DNA of 64,000 nucleotides, taken from assembly GCF_009914755.1 (NCBI RefSeq), contig NC_060932.1, one strand, 5' to 3'. The notes below the pieces were generated by a model. The model worked only from the letters and a program-made list of their open reading frames with translations. It did no database searches and was not told where the DNA came from. How positions within the stretch are numbered: the first letter of the stretch is position 1; each line of letters starts with the position of its first letter. Position numbers and translations under genes: made by a program. Of this stretch, positions 28,431 through 51,262 are shown in pieces. Origin of the DNA: the human T2T-CHM13v2.0 reference genome, Homo sapiens.

Positions 28431-29980
28431 AAATGGATATAGTCCCTATTTGACAGGCTTGTTGGGAGGATTCAAGGAAATCATCTCTGTAAAATGCCCA
28501 GCACAAGGTCAGGCACACAACAAATATTCCATACATGTTAGTCTCCATGTCCTTGCCTCCCAGGCAGGAATCATCTCCTTCACTCTGGTACTGCTTAGTG
28601 ATTAAGTGCACAGACTCTGGAGCCAGACTGCCTGATTCCAAGCCCTTCTGCTATGTACTAGCTATGTGACCTTGGGCAAATCACTTGCCCTCTCTGTGCC
28701 TGTTTTCCTGTTTGGAAAATGGAGACTGTAAGACTAGTGTGTACCCACCCCCCAAAGATCGTTATGAGAATTAAATTAATATATGCCAGGGGCTTAGAGC
28801 AGCGTCTGCGTGGGCAGCCACACTCTGGGCGCCAGCCGTTACTACTGCCTGCATCCCTGCAGTGTCTGGCAACATGTCTGGTACCTGCTCGAGGCTCAAT
28901 AAAGATTCATTTTTGAATGAATTAATGAAGCGATAAGACAACCCCACGATGCAAAGGCAGGCCATGTTGGACGCCAGTGAGCCCCTATACGTGAGAAGCT
29001 AAATCACCGCAGCAGATTAAGAGCCTCCCCCAAATAAAACCTGGATAATCCCCACACCAAGAGTTAATCCACACTCTCTGGGGCCACTCCAGGTTACCAC
29101 CCCATTTCCCCTCTTCTCATCCCACACTCTCACCCACCTCTTTGCTTAATCAATCAAAAGCAGGGAGGAGGAGCAGGTGCAGCAGTGGCAGAGGGGCGCA
29201 CCCCGGGCATCATGGTGAGACCAGCACCGGGGCAGTAGAGGGCAGAGCTGGGTACCCCGGTTGCCCCAGGGATCGGAGGAGTTGGAGTGGAGCCAGCCAG
29301 GCAAACAGCCTTGGTCTCAGGAGAGCAGAGACTCCTTGGATGGGGCAGGCCAAGGACCAGTGACCACAAGCAGCAGGGAGGGCCACTGAGTTCCGCCAGG
29401 CCCAGCAGGGCGAGGCTCTGGCCAGTCTCCCAACCCCACCCTCCTTGACCTGGAAGCCGGGGGCAGCCCAGATCCCAGACACTGCTGCCCTCTCGTGGCC
29501 ACTCCTCAGAGGTGCAATGGTGCCCCTGCGGGTACCTGACTGTTTACAGAACTTAATGTCCCCAGAGCTGCCCCAGGGGGCTCCTTCTTCCAGGCTCCTG
29601 GAGGAGATACTCCTCCCCAGGTCTCCTCTGCCTAGCTTCGACCTCCCTATGGGACTAACGTGCTGCCCCAAGCCCCTCCTGCCTGTGCTCCCACTGGTTT
29701 CTCTATAGCTGCACCTTCCTGCCAAGGCCTAACTGAAGTTTCGGGTTCTGACCAGTCCTCTGGACTCGTCCCCACTTTCCCATCAGTGCTCTCAAAACTC
29801 CCCAAAAGCTCCTTCGTGAAACCATGTGCTGCATCACAACTCTCTGTCAATGGTTCTGTCTCCCCCAGAGGACTGGGCTCCTTCAGCCTTAGACCTAGGC
29901 TAGGACTGGGCTGTCCCATTTCAAGGGTGTGAGGCGAGCAACGGGAGTAAGAATCAGGAGAAACAGAGCCCCTTTATGTA

Positions 29981-29986
29981 TTTATT
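29981..29986 (-). terminator. REEP4 polyadenylation signal
   Basis: tttatt (AATAAA on minus) about 450 nt past the REEP4 stop. Confidence 0.8.
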
Positions 29987-30006
29987 TATCAAAACACTCG
30001 CAAACC

Positions 30007-30021
30007 TGACCTCACTCACCA
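30007..30021 (-). promoter_or_regulatory. DR3 (VDRE-type) element TGGTGA-gtg-AGGTCA
   Basis: Plus strand tgacct-cac-tcacca; inside the REEP4 3'UTR, about 7 kb upstream of HR exon 1. Confidence 0.6.
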
Positions 30022-30434
30022 ACACACACACACACAACCAGGACACATGTGCCAGGCCTTATGAAAGGCTATCAAGTACTTTGAAGGACAGGAAGGAATG
30101 AACACACCCAGGTGGACGTTTGGTTTCATTTGCAGGGGTTCAGGGAGGGTTGCAGGGGTTCAGGGAGGGCTCTTGTCCCACAACCGGGGAAGGGAGAGGG
30201 CAGAGCAAGGCAATAAATAGAACCCTGGGCCCAGCCTGCTTTGGTACATTGTGGGTGCATCCCTGCATGTGGCCTTGGCAGCATCTGCTCCCGGCCCTTA
30301 ACCATCAGCAGGAGTCAGGAGGGTGGGGCCCAGGCAGCTGGTGCAGGCAGGCCAGATGTGCAGCCCAAGGTCCCTCCAAATAGCCCTGGAGCCCTGCAGG
30401 GCACGAGGTAAGAAGGGGGCAGATGCAGCAGACC

Positions 30435-33430
30435 CTAGCTGTCCACGTCTGAGGGCACAGTCTTTTTCCTCGTCCGAACCTTCAGGGAGCGCGAGGTGCC
30501 CTGGGGAAAGGGGAGGCACAGCATGAGGGTGTGGGGAGCACCAGCCAGCAGAGCCCTCCTCCCTCCTGTCGTCCTCCCACACTGACCTCCCGCACCGGTG
30601 GCTTCCTCTTGACCACACGCAGGCTCTGGCTGCGGATTAGGGGCTTCTCTCGGGGCCGGGCTGGCGCCCGGGGGACTGCCTCAGTATCTGACCAACACTC
30701 ATCCTCGGTGTCGCTGTCCTGCAGGCCCCCGGCCCGGTACCCTGTGTGGAGGAGGAGGTGAAGCTGAAAGCCTGCGACCAGGCCAGCCCTTCCTCGAGCC
30801 TTGGGGGAAGCCATGGTGTGAGTGAAGGAAGCCATCCCTCCTGGCATGGCTCTGGGCCCCTCTGCCCGCTCACCAATGGGTGGCCTCCGGTGGGACACCT
30901 GGTCCTCCAGGTAGAGGGGGTCATGGTAGGCAGGGGCAGGTGCGTCAGAGATGGAGCGCAGGTCCTGCATGGAGAAGCTCCGCAGCCTGCCGGCCAGCGC
31001 CCCCTGACTCTGCGAGGGGGAAGAGGCTTCAGCGGGGAGGCTGCCCAGGGATATTGGCCAACCAGCTAATCACCGGAGCTGAGACGCAGAAGTGAAAACT
31101 GCTCAGCAAGCTTCTGGCCCCGCGCCAATGTGGCACCAACAGGAAACCAAAGTCAGAGAGCAGGAGCCGCTGCTTACGCTCAGTGCCAGAGCCAGGAAGG
31201 AAGGTCTGACTCCAGCTCCACGCTTCTGCCAATACCCCCCCGTCACCTTCTCACCCCTGCTCCCCGGCTGCCATCTCTGGGCTCCCTGGCAGAGGAGCTG
31301 AATGAGCCCAAAGGGCCTTAGGGGTGGGATGGGGGCTGCTGGAGGGCTGGGGGCCCAGAGCACCTTGGTGGCAGCCTGCACAGCAGCGGAGGCGGCAATG
31401 TTGAGGCCCCGCTTCCCGAAGCTGAGCACGGTCTCGTAGCTGCGCTCCTTGGCCTGCACGATGTACGCGTCGATCTCCTGTGGACCCAATGGGGAGGAGA
31501 GCTCAGGTGGACAGCCAGAGTCCCTCTTCCTCTGCAGATTCTGAGAAGCCACTGGTTGTGGCGCCACCCAGCCCAGCCCAGCCCCACCTGGTGCCCAGAG
31601 CCACAAATCCGGGCCACAAACACAGACCAAGAGCAGGGCTGCCACCCGCTCACACCTCCATGAGTGGCCATGCTCCAGCTGCCGCCACCACTACCCCCAA
31701 ACCAATTTCCATCCTCAAAGGTCATTCATGTGTACCCCCACCTGATTATCCCAGAAGATGAGGTAGGCTGGGCCCTGTCAAGGTCCTGCCCCTCAATAGC
31801 AGCAGGACTGGGATAGAACCCCGGTGTCCCCAGCATCCTAAATCCCAGGTCCAGGGCTCTTTCCCTCATACCCACCCCTAAGCCTCCCTTCCCGCTTCCC
31901 CCTGGGGTACCTTCTCATGGCGGGACAGGGACGGGTGGACAAACTTGCGGTAAAGCAGGCTGGCGCCCTTGGTGTAGGGTGAGAGCAGCCACAGCACGAA
32001 GGCCATCTTGATCTCATAGTAGAAAGGGAACCTGTCACAGCACAAGGGGCAGGGTGAGCCAAGGAGCAGGGCTGGGGGGGCCACCCCTGACCCATGGCTT
32101 GCGGACCCTGCGTCCATACCAGGAGATAAAAATGTCTGTAACGATCTCTGCTGCCATGAAGAGTGCAAAAACAATCCAGTACATCATCCACCGCACCTGT
32201 GGGGTGAGCGCCCAGAGGTCAGCATGGGGCCTGCAGCACCAACTCCCAACCCAGGCCAGCCCAGCCCAGAGATTCCAGGGAGCCTGTCCGGCTGCATAGC
32301 TGCTTTCCCCCACACATGGCTGGACAGGAGCTCTGAGAAACTGCTGCTCATTCCTATGCCCGCCTCCAACAAGCTTCACCCACCAGATCTTCCACAGGCA
32401 CCCCGATGGCCTGCCCTCTATCTACACCCTCTTGAACAGGGCCCATTCTCTCTCCCTCCCCACTCCACTCAGGATGTGCCACACAGCCTTGCCCCTGGAG
32501 GAGGGAGAGGCCAACTGAGACCCTCCCCACCTCACCAAGTCCTATTAAACACACCCAAACCCCCACGCTCACATATTCACGAATGTTCTTGGTCTTCACA
32601 GCCTTATAGGAAGCATAAGCTGGACACAGCATCCCAAACACCAGCCTGGAAGAGCAGCCATGGGGAGTGTGAGGGGCACCATGCCCCACTCCCACCTTGC
32701 CAAGTGGCCATTTCCCCCCACTGGGGTGCAAGGTGGCAGTACCCGCCCTGTTTTTCTCGCTTGGCTTGTACAACCCGTGCCTGAGTCAGAGCCCTGGAGG
32801 CCACCTCCCCACCCTGCTGTTTACAAACATCCCAAGCCTGCCCAGGCCTGCACCGGTGGCCCATGGGTGCATGATGGAGTGAGAGGACAGCCACTCCACG
32901 AAGTGGGTGAGAACACCAGACTGTCCCCTCCCATGGGCATGCAATCAGGCCCAGGGTCACCAGACCTGACACTGCTGGGTTGCAGATAGGGCTATGTGAG
33001 CCAGATGTTGGCATACTCAAAGGTGAGGAATAGGATGGTGAGTCATGTGACTGCTCAGATGGCAAGCAGGCACCTGGATTCTCCGCCCACAACGTGCCAT
33101 ATCACCTTGTGTTTGCCAAGGGGCAGCAAGGTAGGCCTGTGGCCCTCGGCTCCACGCATCTGTTTGCAGTGTGTGTGGCGTGCGGCAGGGGTCGTTCTCA
33201 GCCAACGAGGCTTGGTGGGGCGGGTAGCCTGCGGTGCCCCAGACACCGCGTGCAAGCCCACAGGTCCGTTAACCCTTGCATGGAGTGCTGGAGGGTGGAG
33301 CTCAGAAAGTTCCTCCTCCCACTAGACGTCCACAGCTTCCACCACAGGGGCGGGACGGCACCCCGGGGTAGAGGAGGTCTGAGGGCGGCCATACTCACAC
33401 CACCAGGCGACAGATCATCCAGGACACCAT
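30435..33430 (-). CDS. REEP4: Receptor expression-enhancing protein 4 (ER-shaping, TB2/DP1/HVA22 family), 257 aa
   Basis: Exons (minus): 33399..33430, 32573..32645, 32120..32196, 31911..32031, 31364..31477, 30874..31009, 30587..30741, 30435..30500. Sum 774 nt. [28 protein letters not shown]...WMMYWIVFA...VPSDVDS*. Confidence 0.98.
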
Positions 33431-34030
33431 CTTGCCGGCCTTTGGGACGTGGGGAGGACCCCAGGAAGCCGCTCAGAAGGACGTTCACTCAAGGGCTGGG
33501 ACGGGGGGTGATCAGGGCAGTTGCGGGAAGCAGAGGGGCGATCCGGCTGTCCCTCGGCGGAGGCAGAGCCCGCCGCCCACGGCCTCCGACTGTGCAGTTC
33601 AGGGGACCTGGAGAATGGGGAGACCCGAGGCAAAGCGGCCCCGGCGGGGAGGAAGCCGACTTGGGAGCGGGCGCGCCCCGCGGCCGGGGCAGTTACAGCT
33701 CCCACCCGCCCTTTCTGCCGCGGAGAACCTGGCGCTCGGCCCTTGCTGCTGGTCCCGCGCTGGAGCGGGTCGCCGCGGTTCCAGCGCGCCGGGCCACCAG
33801 CACCGGCCTACAGGGCGGAGTTCGCAACTCACTTGAAAGTTGCACGGAACCGAGTGCTGCCCAACCCCAGGGCTCCGGCTTGCCACGCAGGCGCAGTGTA
33901 GCCCCGGAGGGGGCGGGGCGAGGTCAGGGAGGCGAGAGGCCGGCCCCTTAAAGGGGCGATGTGCCGCGGGACTCGCGCGTGGGGCCCACAGTGGAGCCAC
34001 CTTCCCAATCGGAAAGATTAGCGTGTGGGA
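33330..34030. promoter_or_regulatory. CpG island / REEP4 promoter and 5'UTR
   Basis: CpG-rich; GC boxes near 33910-33920; CCAAT at 34005-34009. Confidence 0.8.
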
Positions 34031-36426
34031 AGCTGTAACAAAAAAGCAGGGGGAGTGCGGGGGTCGGCACACAAAGAAAATCTGGACTCCAGAGTTTAAG
34101 CGACCCTTCACTGGCTTTTCCCGGTGTCTTTCCCTCTCGCCTCATTTTCCCCTCTGTGAACCGGGTAAAGGCATGAGATGCGGTTGGTGGGGTAGAGGGA
34201 AGGATCTCCTCTGCAGGCTCAGTCAGGAGCTGGAAGGAAGCTTGGCTGAGCGCCAGCAAGTCCGGGTCTCACACCAGTGGGTCCAGGAGGGAAAGGGGGG
34301 AGGTGTGGGGGGAGAGGGAACCTGAGGGACTTTTTGCCCCACCAGGTTTCAGGGGTTCCCTTCTCTCTGGGATGCCTTTCCAGATCCCTGACTCCGGGGC
34401 AGGCTGACCGCGATGATTTGAGGCATTCTGGGTAGAGCTCTCAGCTCCCACACTCCTTCAGCAGAAGTTTGAAATTCCACCTATTCCTCTGAGCCAAGTA
34501 CACAAATAACCCTGGGCCCTTAATAGTAGTATCAACCATTGCCATTTTGTAATGCACGTTTGCACGCAAGGTCTTAGTCTTTGCAAACTTCTTTTAACCA
34601 TGTAGGAAATAGGATGCTCAGTGGTGAAAAGTAACTTTCCTGGTATCACCCAGTGGTATTTATTGCTGGCTGGTGGCTACATGCTTGGCTTGATCAGTCT
34701 TCTGAGAGATCAGCAGCTGCAGGCTGAGTGGCCCTGCAGAGGGCCATGGAACCGGATAAGTTCCTCTGGGAGGGAGGCAGATGCCAGGAAGAAGGGGGAA
34801 GGCTCTAAAAAAGAAGGCAAACGTTGCTGCTTCTACTACTTGCCCTGTGAGGTTTCATTCTTTTTGACATCTTCAGCTTACTGCCTCTGTTGTTCCCTCT
34901 GAAAATAGTGTCCCCCCACCTTGCAGAGGGTGGGAGCAAAGCTGTCCGGGCATGTGGGGTGGAAACACAGGCAGTTACTGCTTTTTATTGGAGCCACAGT
35001 TAACCCCCACCAGCTATCATAAGGATGGAATAGGTAATCATGGGGCCAGGGAAAGGAGGCTTCTGGGGGATAAATAAACACACGGTGATTATATGGTCTT
35101 AATTACTGTCATCAGTTTTATTGGTATTGCTGGGTGTGAGAGCCAGCAGTGAAACCAGCCCACAGGAGAAACTTCCCCGAGGCCCCATGTCTCCCTCTCC
35201 TCTCTTAACCAACCCTCACATTTACCTGTCCCCCCTTACACACACACATTGGAGTAACCAAAAAGGCCAAGGGCTAGAGGAACTCCTAAGGAAGGCCCCA
35301 GCCACTGTCCATCTTTAGGCACAGACATGGTTCTCTAGGTGAAAAGTGTCCTGGGTCTCCCTGAAGGAGGAAAGCTGTGACTGAATAGGGGAGCAGCTGA
35401 AAGGGACATCCATGACTCAGGAGGTCACTGCACACGTGAGCCTCGGGTCCTTTGGTGCGTGCTGCAGAACTGTCCCTTCCCTGCTGGCTGCCTTCTGGGG
35501 CCACGCACCTGACCTCAGCATCACAGGCCTCTGTCTACCCCCATTTGCTGGGAAACATTACCTGGGCCCGCCCAAAGCTCATTCAGCTGGGATGGTCTCC
35601 CGTATGGAGACTCCTGGTCCCAATGCCTGTGCTTGGGAAATCTCAGAGAAGAGATGTCAGAGGTCTGCGCTGACAGCAAGGCTCAGCACGGAGGGCAAGA
35701 GGCTGGCAGCTGAGGAGTGTCACCATCCCTGGTCTTGGCAGAGTGAGTAGACCTTGCCTCTTGCAGCCTTTGGTCCTGAGCTGTTGACACAGTCACCCAA
35801 TTCCACTGGGTTGCTAAGCAGCACTCTGGACGTGGACAAGCCCCAGGGCAAGTGACCCAGCAGGCACACACAGAAAGCCAGGCACTCGGGCCAAGGGAGG
35901 AAAGTGCCTCCCACCCCTCAGAAGAGCTCCCCCCTGGGGGCAGCAGCTGTCAAAGTGATATTTATCTTTCTACTGGGCAGCAGAGTGCCAGCGTGTCTGG
36001 GAGACTCAACCCACTTTCCCTGGCAACCTCTCCCAAGCACAGGATAAGGGCCCGTTTCCCATTTGGAAAAGAAGGACAGGCCTCCCCAGAATGATGGAGG
36101 TGCCTGCTAAGCTAAGAGCATATTTGAGGAGGTGAAAAGCAGGTAAGTCACCTATTGCTGGGGGTGAGGAGGCCAGGTCAGAGGCTGCAGGTAAGATATG
36201 GGGCACAGGGGCTCCAAGACTGAGGATGGGTGAGGAACCATCACCCACAGACAGTTCTCTCCAAAGATCCACCTCCTCCTCTTGCACAAAACACCCCTCT
36301 CTGAGCCACTTCTGTTTTCATATATTCCCATAGACCAAGGCAAATCATAATCATGTGCTGGACACACTATACAAATGGACTTACATATACTAATGCATTT
36401 CACTCTCATGAGAAATAATCCTGTCA

Positions 36427-36742
<316 letters not shown>

Positions 36743-37561
36743 TTATAAATAAGAAAAACCGAGGCACAAATAGGCTAAGTAACGTGGCTGAATGTTACTA
36801 GCTGGTTTCACCCGGCTGGCAGAATCAGGAACCCATGAAGTGGGGTTTTTAAATCTGCTTCACAGAAGGAGAAATTGAAGCTCAGGGAAATCAGCTGACT
36901 TGCTTGAAATCTCACACCATGGAAAGGGACTGAGCCAGAATTCACACCCATGTTATCCAGGCTCCAGACCCCACTCCTCTGTGCACAGCTGCTCACAGGT
37001 GCTCGCTGAAGAGAGAGAAACGAAGGGTTTTTGTGATATGCGAGAGCTGAGAGGGGCTCTGGAGGACAAATGAAAACCTGGAGACTCAGAGAAGGGATTT
37101 GACCTGCCCAGGGTCACACAGCAAGCACCACTGCCCAAGGATCTATCATTTCCCCCGTTTCCATCCCCTGTCCCTTACACTGTCACCAACCCACACAAGG
37201 CCACAAAAGGATTTCATTTACTCAAGCCCATGGGGGAAGAGGAGAAAAGGGGTCCCCACAGCTTGACAACACCTGTTTTGCCATTCAGTGTGCTGTCCCC
37301 GAGACCCCATTACTTGCACTGACACCCTGAGCACTGTCCCCCACCCGGCCCCCATCTGACTGTCTTAGACTCTCTCGACTCCACTCACAGAGATGTTGAG
37401 GGACCCTGACTGCCCACAGGGCTTGGGTGTGTACGGTGGGACCAGGTCACAGGAACCTTCATGGTGGGCAGAGGCTCATGGGTTTGTTGAGCAGGAAGCC
37501 AAGGCAGGTTCCTGAGCAGGGGAGGACAGGAGGAAAGTGTGTGTTAGAAAGATCAGACCGA

Positions 37562-38351
<790 letters not shown>

Positions 38352-38794
38352 TCACCTAGGACTCCAAGGCCTCATCTGGGTGGATGTGGCGGCAATGACA
38401 GACATTTCCCCAGTGGAGGAACGGGGATCGGGGTAAAAGAAGAGGGACTGCTGAGATCATCCTCAGCCTTGCTGGTTGGAGTTGACCTGACGGCAGGAAA
38501 GACTCAAGTCTTCGCGCGTCCCTGGACTATAATCTCCAGGAAGGAACACTAGCTGTGAGTCAGCCCCAGGTGCTGGAGACTCATCACACCAGCACCTGAG
38601 TGTCATCCCTGTGAACTCCTGCCCCCAGCCCCAGCTGACCTTGGGGATGCCCACATCTCAGAAAGAAGGGAGCTGGGAGGAAGAAGGTCTGGAAACCATT
38701 GCCAGGCCTCCCGTGGGCGGCAGGGCAGGGCCAGGCTCCGTTTTCAATGAAACATTTTGATGACACCTGAGAGCCGGTTATGGGGCGGGAACTT

Positions 38795-38800
38795 TTTATT
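38795..38800 (-). terminator. LGI3 polyadenylation signal
   Basis: tttatt about 1.3 kb past the LGI3 stop. Confidence 0.75.
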
Positions 38801-40107
38801 TGAAGCAAGTTAATCATAGCATTGCCCCCCAGTACCCTGGTATCCTGCTACAAGGAGCATCACACCATTTGGGCACATGGTGTGCCCTCTCCACTAGCCT
38901 GGCATCTCAGCAGACAGCAGAGGGCAGCAGAAGCTCAGCTAGTGGGGCCCCTCCCACCAGCCCCCACCCGGTCCACTGAAAGGCAGTGCTCCTGGGGGCC
39001 TCTGTGGACTGGTGGGGCCAGGGCTGCAACACGCCCTCAGGCCAAGCTCCACTCTGGGCACCCTCGCAGGTAACTCAGGTGCTTGCAGCTCGGCCAGCTC
39101 TCTAATCCACCCAAGGAGCCCGCCCAGCTCAAGGGCCACATCCCAAAGACAGGGTGAACCAGGGGACAGTCCAAGCCTGAGAAAGCGACAGCTACAGGAA
39201 GGAAGGCAGAAAGGCTTTCAGATGAGGGGAGGTCTTCTGTCCATGGGTGAGCTGGGATTCACGGCCATGAAGGAAACGCCAAGGAGAACAGAGACAGACA
39301 CCCCTGGCAGCTCCCCGGGATTGCTTCTGCTGCTGTTGTTATTGCTTCGGGCAGAGGGGCTTTGCCCCCAGGAGGCCAAGCAGGCCCTCAGAAGCTGGCA
39401 CCACCATTCTCATCCTTATCAGTTCCGGGGGGGGCACGCTGGGGGTGAGCAGAGGGGGCCCCCTCCAAGCAGAGAGGCAAGGTAACAGGAGAGCCTGGTA
39501 GGCAGTGCTGAATCTGCTTGTATGCACACGTGCCCTGACATGTTTATAGATGGACACCGGGTGCAGTCGGGGCGTGTGAGTGTGTAATGAGTGTGTCCGT
39601 CCGCGTCCATGTGAGCATGCAGACGGGGTGGGGCAGGGGTGAGTGGCCCCGGGGAAGCATGACAGATATGGCTGTGGGCTACAGCGGGGAGCAAGAGCAG
39701 GTAAACAATGCCTGGAGCACCAACAGGAAAGACCAGAGGGGCAGAAGGAGAAGCACAAGGACAGGAGGATGCGGCCCCCCTCGCTCCCAGCACCCCGCAC
39801 CACTCGTGCATGAGACAGGGGGCAGAGCATGGGAAAGGCTGCAGAGTAGGGGGGGCCTGCAGTTGGGGTCACGGGAACTGGGCGTTAGGTGTCCCAGGGG
39901 TGCCTGGTGTTCATGCTGATTGCAGTGATGATGCACGTCCTCCTGGGCCAGTCCACGGGGTGCGCCTGTACACACTGGGCGTGTGCGGATACAAGGGCAT
40001 GAATGCAGGTTGGTCGCTTGTCTTCACACAGGCATACGTGGTGCTCACAGAGGCCCCCACCCATCCTCCAGTGGCCACCCTGAGGAGACCAGAGGCCTCG
40101 GCACCCC

Positions 40108-48950
<8,843 letters not shown>

Positions 48951-49552
48951 ACGGGCACATGCACTCACTGCCTTGTGGAGGCGCTTCGGCGTTAGGGATC
49001 CCTGTGCTTCTGTCTACCTGGGTTTCTTTGCATGGGGGGACACATCCCCTAGGCAGCATCATGGGCATGTCGTGAGTGACAGACGCATATCTAAGTTAGC
49101 ATGCAAGATTAGAAGCACAAGGGCGTCCTGGAGGAGTCTGAAGTGCGCTTCTAACCGGATTCACATGTTTTTCCACGCGCCGCTGAACAGAATGTACCTT
49201 TGTGTCAGCATGAGCTGAAAAGGGAAACGCAGCCTCTGGAGCTGGAGTGGGACTGTGTGGAATTCTGGAACATTTCTCACGCTCAACCACAGCCTGTTAA
49301 AGCTGGGAAGCGCTTTGGATATTTTTCAGTCCAGCCCTTTGTCTAACAAATGAGGAAACTGAGGCCCCCTAAGCTTGCTATCGCAAGTGCTCTGTACTTT
49401 CCCTACTTAATCCTCTCAATCGTTTGAGGCAGGTGATAGTAATTCCCTTTTACAGACAAGAAAAGTGAGGCCTGTCGCACCAGAAGAAAAAGGTATCAGC
49501 AGGGATTTCCGCCCACTCTGCCCAGCTTCAAGGTTCACGGTCGTCCTTCCAT

Positions 49553-49972
49553 GCACGGCTCTTCCAAGTGTAGCCCTGGGAGCCCGGGGGTCCTTGAGAA
49601 CCTTTCAGGAAGTCTCTGAGGTAAAAACAATTTTCCTAATATTGTTAAGACATGATTTGCCCTTTTCACTTCTATGAAGCTCCAAATTTAAAAGATTTCC
49701 AAAACTGTAAAGAAATGACACTTTCTCTCTAATTTTATTTTGCTTTGTAAAATAATTTTGCTTTGTAAAATCGTTTTTCCATTAAAAATGTGATTTATGT
49801 CATAACCTATATTGGGTTTATTACTGATATTTTAAATTCACTTGTAAATAAAAATGTAATTTCTCAGTAAATATCAACAGACATATCCCACATAAACAAA
49901 AGCTCTTGGGGGTCCTCAATACTTTTTGAGAGTGTTAAGGGGTCCTGAAAACAAAAAGCTTGAAGACTGCTG
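49553..49972. mobile_element. hAT-Charlie DNA transposon relic (Charlie1-like, internally deleted)
   Basis: Ends resemble Charlie termini: ...gggggtccttgagaacctttcagg...aaaacaattttcctaata... and ...cataaacaaaagctcttgggggtcctcaata...ggggtcctgaaaacaaaaagcttgaagactgctg. Recognised from memory. Confidence 0.65.
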
Positions 49973-51089
49973 CTCTCTACCACGTTAGCTCCCCTGTGGC
50001 GGAGGATGACTGTCCTAAGAGCTCATAGGCACGGGGCAAGGGGAGCCTGGCTGTCAGCTGCCTGGGCTTCTAGTCTTGTGCTTTTTGCACACCAGTCCAG
50101 GGAACGAAGACCACTGGCTTTAAGATGCTTCCCCAGCTGTCCCCAGACTCTGCCAGCAGGGGATTCTCTGGTCTGAGCTTAAGTTGTGTTCTCCCAGCCA
50201 GGGATGCCCCTGCCCTTTGATGTCTCCTTGCTGCCACACATTTAGCCGCCCTCCCCATGCCAGCTTGGGGGGAGGGAAGCAGTGAGGGTAGGGAGGTGGC
50301 TGGGGCAGCTGGGCAACTGTCCCCACCCGTCCCTGGCACGGCTCTGCCCAGTACACAAAGAGCAAAGTGAATCTTGTCCCCACCCCTGCAGCTGAGGGGC
50401 TGGAGGAGGAAACGGGGAGGCCCACACAGAAGGGGTGGCCACCGTGGGGCTGTCCATCACTCAGGGCTCTCAGAGGGAGTCAACCCAGAAACAGACAAAG
50501 AGGGTGAGTCTGGGCTGTGTTCTTAGCTAGTGAGAGGTCCCCTAGAGGATGAAGTAGATGATGTTAATGAGGATGACTGGATGTCACACCCATGATGCTA
50601 TTAGGTCCTCATAATAGCATAGTGAGGTGGACAGCTAGTACCTGACCCATCTCACAGATGAACATACTAATGCCTAACAAAGCAGAACGACTCACGCTGG
50701 GTCCCAGAGCTGGCCAGTGGAAGCACTGAGACCTCCACATACTGAAGGCATGGACTATTGACCGCTGTTGGTATTGGTCTCATCATTGACTATCATTAAG
50801 TGTTGGCTGTTTGCATGCTTCCTGCCCAGTGGCAGGTTCAAAGAAGCCCGCAGGAAGCGTGCTCCTTTCTTTCCCAGGGCCCGCAATTGGGCTGGAAGAT
50901 AGAGCAACAAAAAGCGCCCATGTAACTCATGGGAACATTCATGTGTGCTGAATGGCAGGTGAAGGTGCCACAGAGAGGCTGAGGATTTCAGAGGGCACCA
51001 TGAACTGGAGTGAGGTCGCAGAGCAGGTGCCATTGGCTCTTGGCCTGTTTGGGTGGGTGGCATTCAGAGAGGTGGAAGGTCAGATGCAC

Positions 51090-51262
51090 TGTTCACGCCT
51101 GTAATCTCAGCACTTTGGAAGGCCAAGGTAGGAGGATCACACGAGGCCAGGAGATCAACGCTGCAGTGAGCTATGAAGCTGTGATTGCACCACTGCACTG
51201 CAGCTTGGGTAACAGAGTGAGACCCTGTCTCTAAATAATTAAATAAATAAAATAAAAATAAA
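51090..51262 (+). mobile_element. Monomer-length Alu with (TAAA)n tail
   Basis: Left-arm start fused to right-arm end. Confidence 0.85.

Noticed and set aside
33094-33951. 285-aa plus-strand ORF across the REEP4 promoter
   Set aside because: CpG-island chance ORF with no coding hallmarks.
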